Under the pieces are notes generated by a model. The model had not been told where the DNA came from. It made no database searches and saw only the letters and a list, made by a program, of their open reading frames with translations. A stretch of 49,898 nucleotides of DNA from Octopus bimaculoides. Its lineage: Eukaryota. The DNA lies in the NCBI RefSeq assembly GCF_001194135.2, contig NC_068981.1, positions 78,667,681 to 78,717,578 on the forward strand, read 5' to 3'. The position numbers and the translations under genes are program-made. Below, one piece after another: positions 46,165 to 49,898 of the stretch; position 1 is the stretch's first letter; every line of letters begins with the position of its first letter.

Positions 46165-47959
46165 TAATGTGACTAATTCATATTCAATAAAAAGCTTTTT
46201 TTTTCTTTTGCTAAGAAGCAGTGTCAAGTAACTCGCCTTTTGTATAATGTGATTATATATAAACTTATACATATTTTGTATAATGTAACTAATTCATATT
46301 CAATAAAAAGACTAAAAACATATTTTAGATGTTATTTAAAATCTGAGTTAATGTGTTGAAAGTAACACGTTGAATTTCTACACCATGAAGAAATCATTTA
46401 CTCACTGTCTTTCGAAATTTTCACCTTTTACAATTCTCAAACTTCTCTTTGCACCAACGGTTGATTATTTAGAATTTACATCAACGTGCATTTGCGTATG
46501 TCCGAAATTGCTTGCTTTTTAACGTTATATTCTATACAAATTCAACACCGAAGTACTAGCCTCTAAATTCTAATTTCTGGTTCAGAGTTACATGCTTTTT
46601 TCTTCAAGAATATTACTTACTCTTGAGACCTTGATGTAAAATATTAGGCTGAAGTATGGATAACTATAGAATTATCAATGAAGATTACAAGGCAACACAC
46701 ACACATACATATTTTTGCTGTGTGTGTCCTCGTTTCCAGAATAGGTGTGCCGTATCTCTATGTTATAAGAGGCGTGGTAAAGTTTCGTTCAACCCATCTA
46801 AGCACAGAAAAGCAGACGTGAAAACGATAACGATAACAATGATGACGATGATGATGTATAAAGATATACTATATATGTATGTGCATATGTCACCGTGCAT
46901 ATATGCGTATATGTATATGTAAGGGACGACCGTGCGAACTCATAAAAGGAGAAATGGTGACGAATGGAAAAACAGAGGACTCCTTTTATTTAAACGTGTC
47001 ACACGGTCGAACATACAAATATATATCAAAGATGATATACATGATATGTTATGCGACGATAACATAGATGACCAGTAATGAAAGACCACAACCGTATTAG
47101 ATGAATAACAGAGATATTTATTGTAGCGTTAAAGATGTATGTCTGTGTGTGAGTGTGAATGCGACATATAAGAACATAATCAAAGACAGGCCGTCATACA
47201 AAGAAAAGTGTGTATGTGAGTGATACATGTGTGAGTTATTACAGCAGATAGAAAGAGTCAGTAAATGACACGTGAGNNNNNNNNNNNNNNNNNNNNNNNN
47301 NNNNNNNNNNNNNNNNNNNNNNNNNNNNNNNNNNNNNNNNNNNNNNNNNNNNNNNNNNNNNNNNNNNNNNNNNNNNNNNNNNNNNNNNNNNNNNNNNNNN
47401 NNNNNNNNNNNNNNNNNNNNNNNNNNNNNNNNNNNNNNNNNNNNNNNNNNNNNNNNNNNNNNNNNNNNNNNNNNNNNNNNNNNNNNNNNNNNNNNNNNNN
47501 NNNNNNNNNNNNNNNNNNNNNNNNNNNNNNNNNNNNNNNNNNNNNNNNNNNNNNNNNNNNNNNNNNNNNNNNNNNNNNNNNNNNNNNNNNNNNNNNNNNN
47601 NNNNNNNNNNNNNNNNNNNNNNNNNNNNNNNNNNNNNNNNNNNNNNNNNNNNNNNNNNNNNNNNNNNNNNNNNNNNNNNNNNNNNNNNNNNNNNNNNNNN
47701 NNNNNNNNNNNNNNNNNNNNNNNNNNNNNNNNNNNNNNNNNNNNNNNNNNNNNNNNNNNNNNNNNNNNNNNNNNNNNNNNNNNNNNNNNNNNNNNNNNNN
47801 NNNNNNNNNNNNNNNNNNNNNNNNNNNNNNNNNNNNNNNNNNNNNNNNNNNNNNNNNNNNNNNNNNNNNNNNNNNNNNNNNNNNNNNNNNNNNNNNNNNN
47901 NNNNNNNNNNNNNNNNNNNNNTATTGGGTATGAGTTAAAGCTATTTATAACAAACTATG

Positions 47960-48090
47960 GGCTCCCAATGGCTTCAGAATTTTACTCTATCACGTGACCT
48001 TATTAGGGGCCGTGATTGGTCAGTTTGCGTTCTGGCGGGAAAGGTTCGAAGAAGTTGCCGATTCGAATAATAATCAGTCACGTGATGATA
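47960..48090. promoter_or_regulatory. Promoter-like motif cluster (CCAAT, E2F, E-box)
   Basis: CCAAT at 47965, TCACGTGA at 47990 and 48078, ATTGG at 48015 and GGCGGGAAA at 48034, within a CpG-retaining patch. Confidence 0.5.
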
Positions 48091-48247
48091 AGGAATGGGT
48101 TCTCTACTACGCTCGCATTTATTTATATTTAAATGAGAAGATTGTATGTAATGGCGATAGTAGTTTTGTATCTAGTGACGATAGGTAGTTTCACTACATA
48201 TACATACTCATATATATGTGTATATGCATGTTTGTATTATACGTATG

Positions 48248-48248
<1 letters not shown>

Positions 48249-48320
<72 letters not shown>

Positions 48321-48325
48321 ACACA
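48249..48325. repeat. (CA)n microsatellite
   Basis: Long CA run with two TA interruptions. Confidence 0.98.
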
Positions 48326-48657
48326 AGGAATGCGGGATAAATTTCCTCCTTATGCAAGAAACTTGAAAAAGAAGTAAGTAAACATAAATGCCGTCACAGA
48401 ACTTAATAGCTACCTAAACAATAGACTCTTGGTATTTTCCGGTGCAGGAATATGGTAACTCAGATTTTATACAACTATGTAAAATTTCACAAATAGCCTA
48501 TTGTCTGAGGAACCTCTTAAAACAACAAACAGAAACGAATTCAAATCTCTAGTGTTTATCTAAACTTCACTCTGCAAATATTTATTGTAAATTTCTTATT
48601 CACAATTTTTATAAATGTGAATATACCTAGGTTCACGTTATACACATTCATATTACA

Positions 48658-48842
48658 CTAGCGGGACCCGTGAACATTTCACGGAATTAATGATAAACTT
48701 ATTGGGTTAATTCTGAAAACTTTATCCAAAACACCTGAAAGCGTAGCCTGTGTTGTATCTGTATCAAAAGATACAACAGCTAATCATTGAAAAGTGAAGA
48801 AAATTGGAATACAATGATCACTTAATGCATTTTATATATATA
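48658..48842 (-). mobile_element. Short non-autonomous Helitron
   Basis: Minus-strand 3' end ccgtgaa-atg-ttcacgg hairpin followed by gtcccgCTAG|t. A tatatataaaa 5'-type end near 48842 lacks the TC. Confidence 0.7.
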
Positions 48843-48850
48843 CACTTTAT

Positions 48851-49632
48851 GGATCTTTTTGGTTTGACGGACAACACTTGTTTTCTTAACGAAACACTTT
48901 CAAACTTGGGATACTGGTAGAATGTGTCATATAAAACATCTTTTTCTCTTAGCCTTCTTAACAAAAATTAGTTCTTAATAAGTTATTTCATGTTAAAGTT
49001 GTCGTATTTGTGTAATTTCAACCAATCACTGACGTCTATTCAGCTGAATACAGTTAGTGCCGTAAGAATGTAAACAACATATTCTAACGGTAACTATCGG
49101 CGGTAGTTATTTATAACATCGTTCGTGCGTTTGGGTTAGGGTTCGGGTTAGGGTCTTAGGGTTAGAGTTGGGGTTAGGGTTAGGGTTATGAGTGAGGTTA
49201 TGGTAAAAATAATCATAACCCTAACCGTAATCCTAAAACTAACCCTAACTCTAAAACCCGAACCCTAACCCTAAAACCATAAAGCTAAAACCAGTACAAA
49301 CGCACGAACGATGTCATAAATAACAGTACACGGATAGTTGTTGACAAACAACGGCTCTAATTTTATTCAAGGGAAAAGATCCTGTAACACCGTTAGAAAA
49401 TGGTCTTTACATTCTTACGGCAGTAATTGTTTTCACCTCAATAGACGTCAGTGATTGGTTGAAATTACCGAAATACGACAACTTTTTACATGAAATAACT
49501 TCGAATACAAATTTTATTTATCTGTTCTATAATACAAAATATACAAGTATACGAAGTTTGAAAGTGTTTCGGTACCAAAAACACTACATAAAACATTAAT
49601 GAAAAATGTTGCCCGTCAAACCAAAAAGATCC
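48851..49632. mobile_element. 782-bp foldback/MITE with internal inverted telomeric-type arms
   Basis: 26-bp TIRs (one mismatch) starting GGATCT; 8-bp TSD cactttat (48843-48850 and 49633-49640); nested inverted blocks; TTAGGG-like arm facing a CCCTAA-like arm. Confidence 0.92.
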
Positions 49633-49814
49633 CACTTTATTTATGCACAATTTTATAGACTTAATACACAGCCCTCTCCCTCTTTCTTTCTCCCTCTTCG
49701 CCTTACCCTCTTTTACCTTTCTTTTCTCCCTGACTACTCGAATATGTAAACAAACCTTTTATTGCAACAACACAATTAAATTAAGGAGGTAAATACCTTC
49801 CAATATATACAAAC

Positions 49815-49898
49815 GGATCTATTTTAAAACGGGGGCACCAGTTTTCATTTATGTTTTATGTAGTGTTTTTGGTACCGAAAGACTTTCAAACTTCATAT
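49815..49898. mobile_element. Start of another copy of the foldback family (runs off the window)
   Basis: ggatctattttaaaacgggggcaccagt, then the reverse complement of 49548-49605. Confidence 0.85.

Noticed and set aside
49132-49275. Ancient chromosome end-to-end fusion site
   Set aside because: The arms sit inside a TIR/TSD-bounded element with other family members in the window.

Overview
Eukaryotic, AT-rich, repeat-dominated scaffold window with eight N-gaps (3832-3870, 4987-5036, 11243-11938, 13244-14114, 15108-15908, 17038-17727, 22423-23239, 47277-47921). The tRNA-derived SINE families, TTAGGG-type repeats and TA/CA microsatellites point to an octopus genome (inference from recalled repeat families; no database search was run). 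Most of the window is decayed mobile DNA: about 15 SINE copies; Tc1/mariner, piggyBac and hAT remnants; four Helitron pieces; Penelope-like elements with hammerhead-ribozyme motifs; L1/Tx1, R4/Dong and CR1 LINE remnants; a Gypsy integrase remnant; and LTR-like segments. Only one host coding region is well supported: a 2.5-kb open terminal exon (34146-36646, +) of an unidentified protein. Eight small upstream candidate exons splice to it in frame. The most unusual items are an ORF1-only (HAL1-like) L1/Tx1 retroelement nested in a SINE, a 782-bp foldback element with inward-facing telomeric-repeat arms and an 8-bp TSD, two sites re-used by successive retro-insertions, a minimal hammerhead motif, tandem LTR-end/PBS units, and the micro-exon gene model. 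There is no evidence for prokaryotic systems, CRISPR arrays, rRNA or true tRNA genes. All translations and alignments were done by eye, so coordinates of degenerate elements are approximate.
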